Shown: in pieces, positions 11,067 through 22,877 of the stretch
Position numbering within the stretch: position 1 is the stretch's first letter
Layout of the letters: every line of letters starts with the position of its first letter
DNA from: Perkinsela sp. CCAP 1560/9
Taxonomy: Eukaryota; Protista; Euglenozoa: Kinetoplastea
DNA length: 64,000 bases
NCBI GenBank assembly: GCA_965644495.1
Contig: CBFFSA010000009.1
Location: 310,001 to 374,000 of the forward strand
Direction of reading: 5' to 3'
The notes under the pieces: model-generated
Told to the model about the DNA's origin: nothing
Database searches by the model: none
The model's input: only the letters and a program-made list of their open reading frames with translations
Position numbers and translations under genes: made by a program

Positions 11067-12679
11067 CAGGGGTGCGGGTCTAAAGGTGGGGGGGTCTAAA
11101 ATTCGTAAAAGTTGTCCAATTTTGGAAAATAATAGCGCATTGGATAGCTCTCACAGAGTTGTATGTTTTAGGCGCATTAAAATCCTGTGATTTTAACGTA
11201 CATATTTTTTGATACCACATTTCGCTTTTTTCCCTCGCAGGAATTACATTTTTTACTAGAAAATGCCCCAAATGCGCGCTCGCTCGAGGACTTCCCGTGG
11301 AGTACTGAGCGATAGATCGTATTCTTCCCCCGCCCCCGTCAAAGAGAGTCACCGCATGCTTTTGGTGGCGGAATACGAGCGCACAGGATCGTACTCCGCT
11401 ACGGCGCAGCACTTTGGTGTTCATGAGAACACTGTAAAACGTTGGGTTGAACGTTTTACCCTTACGGGTGACGTGTTAACGGCATCCCGAGAGCGTGTCT
11501 CGACGGTGGTTACCCCTGCGTTCCTGGATGTGGCTCTCAAGCTTGTCGACGAGGGGTATCGCGACCTTGTTTACGGCGTAGAGAGCTGGAGCGATCTTCT
11601 GCGAGAGATCCGTAGCCAAGGATTCACCTGCAGTCGACGGACCCTAGTCGACACATTGAAGAAGCAAGGCGTTGTGCTCCGCACTCTTCGGCGACGACCA
11701 TCACTCACACTCGAACACAAGGAGAAACGGTTGCAATTTTGTAAGGCGATGCTCGAGAAGAGCGACGCTCAACTCCTTCATTTTGTTTATTGTGACGAAA
11801 AGAAGTTTACTTGCGGTCGTGGGCGTTCCGGGCGAACTTACCTTTGTCGGAGGACGGACCCCCATAAGGAACAACGAGGCGAGCTAGAATCATGGTACGG
11901 CGGAAATGGGATTATGGTTTGGATGGGTGTGAGCCTCAAACACGGCTTCCATCTCCACATTTTCCCTCCTCGAAATTCAGAAGGCCAGAAACTCACCGTT
12001 ACGGGTGAAATTTTTGATCAGGCTATGAAAAAGCCACGGGGCTTTCTTCAATATTTAAAGCGACATCCAGCGGCCACGATTGCCATGGACAACTGCCCGG
12101 CCCACAACAAGGCGCGTGCCACGTTCCGTGATACAGGAATTTCCGTTCTCCCCTGGCCTGCAAAATCTCCAGACCTGAATCCGATCGAAAATTTGTGGTC
12201 TGTGATGGACACAGACAAAAATCTTCTTCGACCCCGAAATCGACAGCATCTGGAAGCCGCCATTGAGGGGTCTTTCCTTAAATTGAAACAGACCCACTCT
12301 GCAACGGTTCAGAAAACGTTGAAGAGTTTCAGGAAGCGTTGTGAAATTGTTATTAGTCGGAACGGGGGGCACTGTGGTTACTAATTGTCTTTTGCAATCC
12401 AAATTACAGAAATTATTGACATCACTAAAGTATCGCCCCTTTGCACAAATGATGGCGAATATATCTAAATATAGTTACCTTCGTCTAAAAAAAAAGATAA
12501 AGTATTGCAATATGTGTTTTTGACCCTTACATGAAAGGGGGGTACCCCCCAAACCCCGGATGCTACCTATCCTAAAACATACAACTCTGTGAGAGCTATC
12601 CAATGCGCTATTATTTTCCAAAATTGGACAACTTTTACGAATTTTAGACCCCCCCCCCACCTTTAGATTCGCACCCCAG
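11067..12679 (+). mobile_element. Tc1/mariner-superfamily DNA transposon, apparently complete
   Basis: ~105-bp TIRs (11067-11172 and 12571-12679) starting CAGGGGTGCG. TA lies 5' of the element and the right TA is degenerate. It splits the CPIC codons of the host retroelement. Confidence 0.93.
11263..12384 (+). CDS. Tc1-like transposase (HTH + DDE, DD32E)
   Basis: N-terminal HTH (TAQHFGVHENTVKRWV), VYCDEKKF, MDNCPAH and WPAKSPDLNPIENLW. Intact 373-aa ORF. Confidence 0.93.
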   Translation: MPQMRARSRTSRGVLSDRSYSSPAPVKESHRMLLVAEYERTGSYSATAQHFGVHENTVKRWVERFTLTGDVLTASRERVSTVVTPAFLDVALKLVDEGYRDLVYGVESWSDLLREIRSQGFTCSRRTLVDTLKKQGVVLRTLRRRPSLTLEHKEKRLQFCKAMLEKSDAQLLHFVYCDEKKFTCGRGRSGRTYLCRRTDPHKEQRGELESWYGGNGIMVWMGVSLKHGFHLHIFPPRNSEGQKLTVTGEIFDQAMKKPRGFLQYLKRHPAATIAMDNCPAHNKARATFRDTGISVLPWPAKSPDLNPIENLWSVMDTDKNLLRPRNRQHLEAAIEGSFLKLKQTHSATVQKTLKSFRKRCEIVISRNGGHCGY

Positions 12680-12937
12680 ATGTTCTAGAGAAATACAAAC
12701 ACCGCGTCACGTCCTCTCCTCCTCTACCGTATCCTTGGAACAAGGACGATACTCCTATCGACATAATCTGCTGCTTCAAGAGCTCGCGACTCATCTCCTA
12801 AAGTTTCCGTACACTTCGAAAGCCAACTTTGACATTCCGGGACTGCGCAACCCCCCGGACTGGATGGTAAACGATCTATCGTTGTTGCGGCCAGATGGCT
12901 GGGTGCAACTCAAGAATGTATGCGAATACATTATCGA

Positions 12938-13052
12938 TTTTTTTTGTCATCCCCCGAGCCCATTAGCGCACGCCCCTACAGTACCATTTTTGTACCAGAG
13001 TCCCGGGGCCGGGGACACCGTACGTGGTGAGGACCAAAGGGAAAAAATATTA
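12938..13052 (-). mobile_element. 115-bp insertion with 8-bp target-site duplication ATTATCGA
   Basis: ATTATCGA at 12930-37 and 13053-60. Removing the insert restores EYIIELTIPWE. The insert ends in a short A run on the minus strand. Confidence 0.75.
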
Positions 13053-13613
13053 ATTATCGAACTCACAATACCTTGGGAAGAGAACCTCGCTGAGGCGCAT
13101 CGGCGCAAACGAAACAAATACAACCAGTTAATGTTCAAGCCTCGTGCAGAAAAAGTACCCTGCTGTTCGATAGTTTTTGAAATAGGAGCGTGTTTAATGC
13201 CTAACACGACCTCCTCACGAGTCAGTGTCCCATTCCATGGGGAAGAAGAGGCATCTTCCTGTGTACAGCACATGATCCGAAGTGCAATCTTCGGGAGTTA
13301 TGTGATCTGGACGCGGCGCGAGGACCCCGCATGGTCCGATGAACCACGCGAAGAATGATTAGACTTTCGGTAGACACGTTGTATGCGTGCTAACCGAATT
13401 AAATTCTCTTCCGGCTCGCCCGGTATGAAACGGAAATGGAGGTAGGCGTCCTACGCTCCCATTCATCCAACCTCTGCCCGCTGCGTGGGTGCATACAGGG
13501 CTGTAAAGAAGGACGAAAAGTTTGCACAAGCGCTATTTGATTTGCGAATAACCAATGACCGTATCGAATGTGAGACCCCCTTTAGCGTATCAAATGCGCG
13601 TGATATAAATTTA

Positions 13614-14183
13614 CCGTCAAAGTACTAATTATCAATAATAATAATTAACGGATTTTTTTGGGAGGAAATTATGCCGTTAATTATTATTCCAATGTTTTTT
13701 GCGAAATTCGTAACAAAATTTAAGCGTCAAGAGAAAACATTAATGAGAAGATTTTCAAAAAATCTTCAAAACATATTAAGAAATCCAATTACGTATGTTT
13801 ACATGACGGAAAAACAAGGCCAACCTTAGAAATGAGCGGAAAAAACCCAAGTAAACATGATATGAAAACATACTAAACGTTCTTAAAGATATCAAAGCCT
13901 TAGTCAATATCAGTAACGTGATTTGGTTGGATAAAACCTTTCATTACATCTATCTTGTAACTTCTGCGGATACGTCGTAATCAATTCATACTTTCGCGGT
14001 GACGTCGTATTTTTTCTTCCGGAGAGAAATATTTTGAATTTTGTTGATGAACAGACCGACCACCGATAAAAATGTTTGGGAAGATTTCGGTGAAAATCTA
14101 AAAAATAATAATTATTCCGTTAATTATTGTTCCGTTAATTTTTATTCCAATGATTTTTATTCCGTTAATAAGTACCTTCACGG
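13614..14183. mobile_element. AT-rich MITE-like element
   Basis: Imperfect TIR CCGT(C/G)AA(A/G)GTACT(A/T)ATTA, TA on both sides, and subterminal TTCCGTTAAT repeats. Confidence 0.55.
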
Positions 14184-14721
14184 TATTTCCCTCCCGTATT
14201 TCGTTAAGATAACTGCACAACCTCTCAAATAAAATTTTTTCACGCAGACATGAAAAAAGGGTATTAATTAATACCGATTTATGAAGAGCTCGAAGCCGTA
14301 TGCTGTATGCGTGTTGGAGATCACATGTTTCGTCCCCGTGTACTCCAATGGGCTACAACTATCAGCAACACCCTCGTGGCGCAGTTGAGAGGAAAACGTG
14401 CTATCGCAAAGCTCTGAAATTCGTTTCTTTATGTACTGTGGTGTGGACATGGAGCATTGACCACTTTGAACTATGAGTTAGGAACAATGGGTTAGGGTAA
14501 CAATGAGTTAGAAGTGAAAAACAAACCCGATAGGAAGAATAAGGAAAAGCAAAAGGGAATGATGAGCAGTAGATGTCAAGAAGAATTATATTTATATTTA
14601 GGTTGTTAATATTTAAGTTTAATATTTTTCTGTTGTATCAAGTATAGAAAAAGTTTTCCACTGTATATGGCTTCCCTTGTTTACGTTTTGAATACATTCT
14701 CATATCTCTCAACACCATAAC

Positions 14722-15462
14722 TTAGTTAATAAGAACAATATTCGTACTCAGGAGACGAAACGGGTTATCAATTACGTGCTGCGGAAGTTCTGACCTCTTT
14801 ACTTCAGCACATAACGCTTCGTTACATCTTACGTCCAGGCAGAACAGCGATCGGGGAAGGTGCATGAAATCAATCAGCCCTGAAAAGAGGTTGTGGTGGA
14901 GAGACAAGATCTGCATGCCGTGCGGAAGTGCGTTCAACTCAAGACCTCCGGTAAGAGAATTATGGCAAAGATCCAGTTTCTCAATTTCCACTGGAAGCTC
15001 ACTTAAACAGATATTTCCAACGAACTTGTTTTTCCCCATATCCACCTGCCTCATGCTCGGGGGTAGAGCCGGCAGATCCAGACTTGCACTAAACAAATTA
15101 TTCCACACACTTATGTCTGAAAGGGTAGGGGGAAGATGACCCAATGTTACCTCACCCTTTAACCCCTGATGAGATACGAAAAACTTGGTAACCGAGACCG
15201 GAAGATGGATCACGTCGAGCGAACCGCTCAGTGGAGGTGAATAACCAAAGGGGTTCGCACTCCAGGAAATCTCACGAACACGCTGGTCCACACAAGTGAC
15301 CCCGTGCCAGTTACATGCGTGGATTTGTGCACTCCATGACGGACGCGGGTTCGAGATGTTCTGAATGAGTTTTGCGAGTTGATATTCCTGTGGCAGAACC
15401 CCCGCGGTGACTCTACCGAGACGTGTCGTTGAGATGTCGGCGAGATGAACATTTGGAAACAT
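14722..15462 (-). CDS. LRR-only protein
   Basis: RLGRVTAGVLPQEYQL, SW..ACNWHGVTC cap and about six 23-aa LPxxLxxLxLxxNxFxGxL repeats. Pyrimidine tract before the ATG. Confidence 0.9.
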   Translation of the reverse strand: MFPNVHLADISTTRLGRVTAGVLPQEYQLAKLIQNISNPRPSWSAQIHACNWHGVTCVDQRVREISWSANPFGYSPPLSGSLDVIHLPVSVTKFFVSHQGLKGEVTLGHLPPTLSDISVWNNLFSASLDLPALPPSMRQVDMGKNKFVGNICLSELPVEIEKLDLCHNSLTGGLELNALPHGMQILSLHHNLFSGLIDFMHLPRSLFCLDVRCNEALCAEVKRSELPQHVIDNPFRLLSTNIVLIN

Positions 15463-16113
15463 GAGAACGGAAAAGAAGAAACAAGATAAAATGCGAACCT
15501 CCTCAAATAGCCAAAATATGGTGAATTTCAGAATTATCCTTATACTATATCGAATGAATACATCGACGAGCTTGCATTGCTACGTTACAAGGAGCCGAAC
15601 GCAATATTGCAGTTTAGAGGTAAAAGGTTATCGAATTCCAGAATTTTTAGGGGGCATTTCGATCCGACTGCCAGTCTTTTGAAACATTCGATCTTCCGAG
15701 GAACTACTCCACGCGAGAGCATAGCATGTCTGCTCTCTGAAAAAGTGGTTCCTCAGACAGAAAACCACATTTTCGACCATTATTAGCATATGGATGTGAC
15801 AAACGCCAATCCACCCGGAGTAGTCCACAGACAAATGGCGTAAAAAGTTGGTAGTATGTGGTTCAAGTACCGCTAATCAATTGAGAAAAATCTATTCTTT
15901 GATTCTTTTTGAAAATATAGTTTTTAACAATTATGTCTTTTAAAGATAAAAGGTGAAAATGGTCATTTTAGGCACAGACTGTACCCAAACTCAGACCGTA
16001 CCGTACAGTTTGAACGCAAGATACCTGATTTAATTTATTTTCGTACGATCTAATAAGTGCCGCCCTCCACTGATAGACATACGAAGGATGGTTCGCTGAA
16101 TAATGACTAATGA

Positions 16114-16806
16114 CTATTCGTCATCTTTCTGATCTCCAAATTCTACATTTTTAGGCACAACGTGCGGCTTAGCAAAGTAATTTTTTGACAGAACGAATTT
16201 GTGCACATTTTCGGAGACAAGGGTCAAGTCCAAACTACCACAGAGATAATTGGAACTTAGGTCCAGATGCTTTAGACATCCGGGAAGCTGAGTTAGATCA
16301 ATCTCCCCCTCAAATTGATTAAAACTTAAATCCAAATATTCCAAGGTGCTGGGCAGATGTACCAGATCTAAGAGCCCGGTACATTTGATCATACAAATAT
16401 CAAACTTTTTTAAAGAATTTGGTAGTACAGAAAGTTGAACAGGGCCTACTAAATCCTGAAGGTACGCAGTAAAGGAAATTAACGCACATGGCATGTACTC
16501 CCACAGGAGTTCACCTGCCAACGCAGGATAGTCTGGTATGTAATCGTCATCAAAGATATCCCCCTCGAACATTGTGTTTTCCCACTGTAGAGATATCACT
16601 TGTTTTTCCTCATTGCATACTACTTATCGCCACTCACAAGCGGGAGTGGTCTCTTTCCATGATGTTTGTCTGGTCGTTAGATTACTCACAAATCTAGACA
16701 GTGTGTATTCCTGTGGTAACACAGTGCCACGAACTTTGCTTGCACGATATGAGATATCGGCGCTCATGAGGAAAATAGCGTGCAGATCATTTCCAGGATG
16801 AGCCAT
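16114..16806 (-). pseudogene. LRR gene with one in-frame stop
   Basis: ORFs 16624..16806 and 16114..16599 are in frame: TPACEWR*VVCNEEKQVISLQW. Confidence 0.85.
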
Positions 16807-17855
16807 TAAGACTACTATTACGTGTATTAAAGTTGTAACGATCTATTATAAAAGTTGTAACGATCAATTATATACAGATGTATACTTATCTGTATTATAA
16901 ATAAAACATATCTGTATCATACAGATGATCTATTACGTAAATCTAAGTATATAGAGTATCTCAAGAAACGGATTACACTTTCTCATGTTGAACATTGTTG
17001 TAAGAAAATGTTTTATAAAAGATATTACTCTACTTAATATGTATTGCGGTGGTTGTATAACTACCGCTCTACCCTCGATTATTGAAAAAAAATGAACAAA
17101 AACAGTGAAAATACAAAGAGAAACACAGTTATAATAAAAGAAAAAAAATTATTAGGGGGCTCGGTGGTCCAAAGCGCAGGGAAGTGTTAGAGTATGCCGC
17201 GGCGATAATTTTCCACGCCCCCCCCTGGTACGCGCAGGAGGGGTTCAACAAGGTCAAAATTGAAAGAAACATTGCCGATGCCTTCACGGCAGAAACGATT
17301 CCGCACTCCCACAGCAGTCCTTTCCGCCCGGCTCTGAATTAGACGCTCTTATCGTCTTATCGAAGTCTCAGAGAGCTTTCTAGGGCGACCTCCCTTGTTA
17401 ATGCGTTGCGGCGTCCCGTTCATCGACCTTATTGTGCTCACTGCACCTACACTTATACATGTATACACTTATACATGTATAGTGTACCTACACTCATATA
17501 TTTCCGCACCCCGGGTTACATACCTCATTTTCCGACTGAAGACTTCAGTTAATAAACTTCAGTTTATATCTTTTTGATACACTTCAGATTGTAGTTTCAG
17601 AAAGTTTTATACACTTCAGAAGTGTGAAACCAAATACATGAGAGGCTGCGGATGGCGAGGTTTCACGAGGTTTCGCGAGATTTCCCCCGCAGCCCCTCAC
17701 ATGTAAATACAGTATATGAAACAAAAGGCCGTTCTGGTCAGACTTTTATTGTAACTCAAAGATTGTTTTATTCAGACTTTGAGACGGTGATTAATCTCCT
17801 TGAGTGAGACTTCACTGATGTCAATACCTCCAATAAAATTCTAAAGAGTCAGGGA

Positions 17856-18623
17856 TTAAGCACCGAAGCCAAAATTTACTGCAGAGCGTAACTCTGATTC
17901 GTGTTTCTTGCGGCACAGTAGATCGGAGTTACCCACTAGGAACACCTTTTTGACAGAGCGTGGCAAATGCGTTAGGTCAACAATACCTGAAAACATATTG
18001 CAAGTCAATCCCATGAACTTCAAAGTCGAAGGAAGGGAGGTAAGATCGAGAGTCCCACTTAGTCGATTAAACGAGAGCGAAAACTTTTCTAAGTGTGGAG
18101 GAAGATTTGTGAGGCCAATTTCGCCAGTAAACATATTATTGTTCAGAAAAAGCGATTTCATGGTTTGCGGAAGAGATGGTAAGTCCAGTTCTCCTTGAAA
18201 CTGATTCTGCGCAATGTCTAATGCCTCATGTTTTAACGGAAGATCGCTCAGTACGATATGTCCGGTCATGGCGTTCCTTCTCCCGCTGAACAGGACAAGA
18301 GTTTGTGGGAAATATTGAATACACAACGGGCCAGATATTTTCTGCTCGTCCCAATCAATTTCAGTCATCTTATCGTCTTCGTTACATTTTACACCGTACC
18401 AATCACACACAGGGGTGTCGGTACTCCAGGAATCGTGCAACTTCTCGAAATCTCGCACCAGTCGTGCCAGTTGATACTCTACTGGTAGAGTAGCCTGACT
18501 TATCCTTCCAGCTCGTATTAACGAGGTCCGGTTAAAGTGTAATGTCGATCCATCGGTGGTGCTGATTTTACGTCGTTTAGCCAGAATTTCGGGAGAATCG
18601 TGCGAAAACACCAGGGGAAACAT
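17856..18623 (-). CDS. LRR-only protein with NLS-like LAKRRKIS
   Basis: RAGRISQATLPVEYQL, SW.TDTPVCDWYGVKC and about six LRRs. ATG chosen by family alignment. Confidence 0.88.
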   Translation of the reverse strand: MFPLVFSHDSPEILAKRRKISTTDGSTLHFNRTSLIRAGRISQATLPVEYQLARLVRDFEKLHDSWSTDTPVCDWYGVKCNEDDKMTEIDWDEQKISGPLCIQYFPQTLVLFSGRRNAMTGHIVLSDLPLKHEALDIAQNQFQGELDLPSLPQTMKSLFLNNNMFTGEIGLTNLPPHLEKFSLSFNRLSGTLDLTSLPSTLKFMGLTCNMFSGIVDLTHLPRSVKKVFLVGNSDLLCRKKHESELRSAVNFGFGA

Positions 18624-18849
18624 GCAGCAAATTCGGAACACTAGAATATAGCACAAAAATATGCTAGCATACAAGTGCTGTAGAACACCATAAATATACA
18701 ATGGTAGTACAGTTACAGTAGAACTGCCTGATGCTTCTCTCTCGAGACATACCATCGAACACCGATGGGTACAACTACAATTTTCCTTTAGTAATTATTT
18801 TCCTTTAAGTTACCTGGTATGGTTCCTGTAATACTTACGGGCACCGTAT

Positions 18850-19476
18850 TTATATGATTGTGATCCGTGTCCCGTCCATGTTAAAGTAGAACTGTGGAAA
18901 AGATGAGTCCCCTACATTGCTGAGATTTACGTGATTCTTAAAATCAAACTTTCCTTCCAAGTCAGGATTATTGTGCAGATCTAGCGACCGCAAATGCGGG
19001 GGAAGCGACGAGAACTCCACGACCCCGGAAAAAAGGTTGTCGTGAAGCTGGAGCGTTTTGAGCATCGGCGGCGAGCACAGTAAGTTTGGAGTACCCGTAA
19101 ATTGATTTTCACCGAGATGCATGGACTTCAACGGAGCCGGCAGCTGCTCCCAAAGAACTTCTCCTTCTAAATCGTTGCGCGAAAGACTCAACGTAAGCAC
19201 CGTTAAAGGTAGGTGCTCCCAATTCAACTTTCCACGAAGTTCGTAGTTACACAAGTAGATGGCACATATCCTTTCTTGTTTATCGCAATAGACCCCCTTC
19301 CACTTGCAAATGGATGTGTTTGTGCTCCAGGACGAACCAGAGAACCTCGAATTGTTACGGGGAAGCTGGAGTCCGCTTACAAACCTCATCATGTCAAAGA
19401 CTTGAGGCACGGCAACGCCTCTCACTTTGGCTGGGCGATGAGTGGTACTTCGCTCGTTTGTGTAGTTGTCGTCCAT
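18850..19476 (-). CDS. LRR-only protein
   Basis: RPAKVRGVAVPQ, SWSTNTSICKWKGVYC and 4 LRRs. Confidence 0.85.
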   Translation of the reverse strand: MDDNYTNERSTTHRPAKVRGVAVPQVFDMMRFVSGLQLPRNNSRFSGSSWSTNTSICKWKGVYCDKQERICAIYLCNYELRGKLNWEHLPLTVLTLSLSRNDLEGEVLWEQLPAPLKSMHLGENQFTGTPNLLCSPPMLKTLQLHDNLFSGVVEFSSLPPHLRSLDLHNNPDLEGKFDFKNHVNLSNVGDSSFPQFYFNMDGTRITII

Positions 19477-20836
19477 GGAAAATCTAGCTGTCCAAAACTG
19501 GTCCCTAAGGGTCGAATTATTAGTGCAATAAATGTTGTTCAATTGTAAGTTTGACTACGCATTAACAATGTGCATGTACGAGGGATGAAACCTGCTGCAG
19601 AACATTACATATTATTACACAACATTTGACACATTTGTTACTCTTTTGCGTTGATAGTTCTCCGAGGTAGGAGCCGATGGCGGGCGATGTATGATGACTA
19701 ACCCTCCCAGCCAATACCTTTCATCTCCCCCCTCCGGAAAATGGTAACCCTTTCGTTGACTTCCCTTCATCTCTCTCTTCCGGAAAATGGTATCGTTCCC
19801 GATGATTCCCTTTCTTCTCTCCTCCTTCCTGAAAATTGTAAAAAACTAGAGCGGGGGTATATGCGTCTGTCTAAGCGAGAGAAAACAATTTATCACCAGC
19901 GATAACGATACTGCTTCTGTAATCACAAGCTTACGTTTTGTATGTTAGCATCTCCGTTAGACTTACGCTTACACAAGGACAATGGTGAGTCTCTAGTTCG
20001 CATTTTTTTGGCGACAGGAACAGAAAGTTTCGACTATTCCGTACAGAATTACACTCAATGTTCTAGATATCTTGTTCGAAAATTATTTCGTGTAAAAATA
20101 CAAAAATACAGACTGACCAATACTAGCAGATAATGAAAGAGAGAAAAACTTGCGCCGCGAAGGAAGAAGAAAACTTCCCAACGAATTTTGACTTGCACCG
20201 CATTCCTGGGCGGTACACTTACACTATTCAAGTGCATGATATTTATAATTCGTCAGTTCAAAAGATTTTACGAAGGGGAGCTGAAGAAGATAACCAGAGA
20301 GGTCACTATGGAACTTGTGAAGAAGTCACACAACCTTGTTTGGAAAAAGTACGATAAAACTATATTAGATGTGACCAATCGGTATATTTGAACTACTATG
20401 CAATACTGGAACTCACTACTGGAACTACAACTAATCGGTGTACTGGCTAATCGGTATAATGGAACTCCTGAAACAAACAATGGAAACAATCAGGTCAGAA
20501 AGACGGGACTTCGAAACAGAAGAAATAGGAGAAAAAGAGAAGGAAACAAAATAGCAAGACCTGATAAGCTCCATGAATCTGTCGCCCAGTCGAACCCGAT
20601 GGAAAGTGTCGAGACTCTTCTAAAACAACACGTACACAGCTCTGATGATATTCTTCACCACCAGTTGTGTCTACATTACGAGTGCAGATTCCGATGAGGG
20701 CTCATCGAAGCGGGAGTCCTCTCCGATAATTCTTTCGAATAACGCGACTCAGGAGGAACTGCTGCGATCACAGCGCAAATAGAAATTCTACCAACGGAGA
20801 GGTTCTTTTCTCCCTGGTAGCCTGATAGACGATCTA

Positions 20837-21196
20837 CAGGGGTGCGAATCTAAAGGTGGGGGGGTCCAAAATTCGTAAAAGTTGTCCAATTTTGGAAAAA
20901 AATAGCGCATTGGATAGCTTTTACAGAGTTGTATGTTTTAGGATAGGTAGCTTCCGAGGTTTGGGGGTACCCGCCTTCGTGTAAGGGTCAAAAACACATA
21001 TTGTAATACTTTAGTGATGTCAATAATTTCTGTAATTTGGATTGCAAAAGACAATTAGTAACCACAGTGCCCCCCGTTCCGACTAATAACAATTTCACAA
21101 CGCTTCCTGAAACTCTTCAAGGTTTTCTGAACCGTTGCAGAGTGGGTCTGTTTCAATTTAAGGAAAGACCCCTCAATGGCGGCTTCCAGTTGCTGT
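20837..21196 (-). mobile_element. Right-end fragment of the Tc1-like element
   Basis: TA then TIR CAGGGGTGCGAATC, and transposase C-terminus ...RNGGHCGY matching 12250-12679. Confidence 0.9.
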
Positions 21197-21409
21197 CCGG
21201 AAGTTCGAAGAAGCACATCCGGCCGAAGACGTTGTACTCTGGGGTACAAATCACACGCTAAATATGTGTGCGTACGAGAAATACCCTCCCAAAATTATCG
21301 CATGCCACCCAAGTGTACGCGGTATTGCAATACAAATATCATTATATTCTCCCACATATCAAGGGTCTTTGATATGTGATTTATTTGAAACTAAGAATAC
21401 CCAAGCAAT

Positions 21410-22282
21410 CTAAAAATCAACATCCAGGTTTCGAATACACGTATTGTAGTACTTGAACGATCCGTCACGCAAGCGGAGGGGTAATTCGTCTTCGTGGAAT
21501 TTGCCGTGAAGCTCTTTGTTCTCAAACAACCACAAGTACTCCATTTTCGTTGGGAGACAATCAAAGGTAACTGAACCATAAAATTGATTCTCCTGTAAGT
21601 ATAATTGTTCTAGTGCAGATGACAAATGTCTTAGATCCGGAGTTCCTGTAAACTGATTGCGACCCAAGGAAATATGTTTCTGATGCGGAGCTAATTGTGT
21701 CAGATCCAGCTCGCCATATAACGCGTTTTCGTCAATCGAAAACCCATCTAGGGGTTCCGGCAGACAGGTGAGATCAAGCCTTCCTGTAAAATCGTTCTTG
21801 TGCAACACAAGCTGAAATATTTGTCGAGGAAGATCTTGTAGATGCAACTCCTCTGTGAGCACATTATTATGAAGGTCCAACCACGTCAAATTCCGAGGCA
21901 CGACGTCGAGTGGCAGTTTTCCCCCGAGTCGGTTGCTGTTCGCAAAAAAGCCTGTAAGAGTCTGTGGCAAATATTCCCATTGCGGCGTACCACATAGTTT
22001 TCGGTTATCCCACATGATAGCGATGATTTTATCAGCACCAGAGCACTTCACACCTTCCCACTCACACGCAGGCAATGATGTATTTCCAAATACGGAAGGT
22101 CCAGATTCCATGCCAGAGGTAATGTTTGTAAGAAATCGAGCTAACTCATACTCCTGTGGCAGGGTAGCGCCTCGTACTTTGGATGTACGCGAGGGGAACG
22201 TGGCAGTGTTTGAAGAAGCAGATTGCTTTTGCCGCTTCCGTGGCGGTGCATCAGCATCGGACAGAACTACCGTAAATCTCAT
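21410..22282 (-). CDS. LRR-only protein with NLS-like PPRKRQKQ
   Basis: RTSKVRGATLPQEYEL, PACEWEGVKC and about seven LRRs. Confidence 0.88.
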   Translation of the reverse strand: MRFTVVLSDADAPPRKRQKQSASSNTATFPSRTSKVRGATLPQEYELARFLTNITSGMESGPSVFGNTSLPACEWEGVKCSGADKIIAIMWDNRKLCGTPQWEYLPQTLTGFFANSNRLGGKLPLDVVPRNLTWLDLHNNVLTEELHLQDLPRQIFQLVLHKNDFTGRLDLTCLPEPLDGFSIDENALYGELDLTQLAPHQKHISLGRNQFTGTPDLRHLSSALEQLYLQENQFYGSVTFDCLPTKMEYLWLFENKELHGKFHEDELPLRLRDGSFKYYNTCIRNLDVDF

Positions 22283-22458
22283 GAAGTCAAAATATAAAAG
22301 GAATGTACAGTAATGTATCCAGAGAGCTGAACTACAGTAGAGATACAGCTGTATCTGTGTACAGCTCTCTGAAAACAAGACAAAACCACAGTGCAGTTCA
22401 AGGTGTCCCCACCCCAGTAACTAAAATGCAAAGAAATCATGATATGTTAATTTTTGGT

Positions 22459-22756
22459 TGAGCTTGAAATTGGTTGGAGCCGAATTGGCAATCCGTGGTT
22501 GAGAACTGTGCGATTTCTTCTTCCTTCATCATCGGCCTTCATAGAACGAGGAGGTAATCAACGTGAAGGGAACATTATGAAGGTGCTGTTTTGTGTGATT
22601 TTTCGTGAGAACTTCAAACAAAACAGTACCTCCACAATGTTCCCTTCACGTTGAAGATTACCTCCTCGTTCTATGAAGGCCGATGAAGAAGGAAGAAGAA
22701 ATCGCACAGTTCTCAACCACGGATTGCCAATTCGGCTACAACCAATTTCAAGCTCA
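22459..22756. repeat. Long fold-back inverted repeat (~137-bp arms, ~22-nt spacer)
   Basis: TGAGCTTGAAATTGGTTG...GTTTTGT is mirrored by ACAAAAC...CAACCAATTTCAAGCTCA with few mismatches. Confidence 0.92.
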
Positions 22757-22877
22757 CTGCTTCGAAAATTTGAGTGCCAAAAGACACAAGAACTCCTTTT
22801 CGATTTGAGCGTCTAAAGACAGAAATACAAATCCTCCTACGTCCAGCTCGAACTACCTACAGTGGTTTCAAGATATC

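Larger units (their letters stand above)
10430..13430 (+). mobile_element. 5'-truncated, decayed RLE retrotransposon copy nested in the CRE remnant, itself carrying Tc1 and 115-bp insertions
   Basis: KLWIY..RFQF, GWNL, LSRFAAS..TPLP, CPI|CS (split by Tc1), QGRY..RH, RPDGW, IIELTIPWEEN and FEIGA, plus the family 3' UTR structure at ~13370-13430. Confidence 0.85.

Noticed and set aside
3383-16626. Stop-codon reassignment suggested by in-frame TAA at 3383-85 and 16624-26
   Set aside because: The two sites align to different residues (K/R vs G/E), TAA ends many intact ORFs, and long ORFs have no internal stops. Ordinary nonsense mutations explain both.
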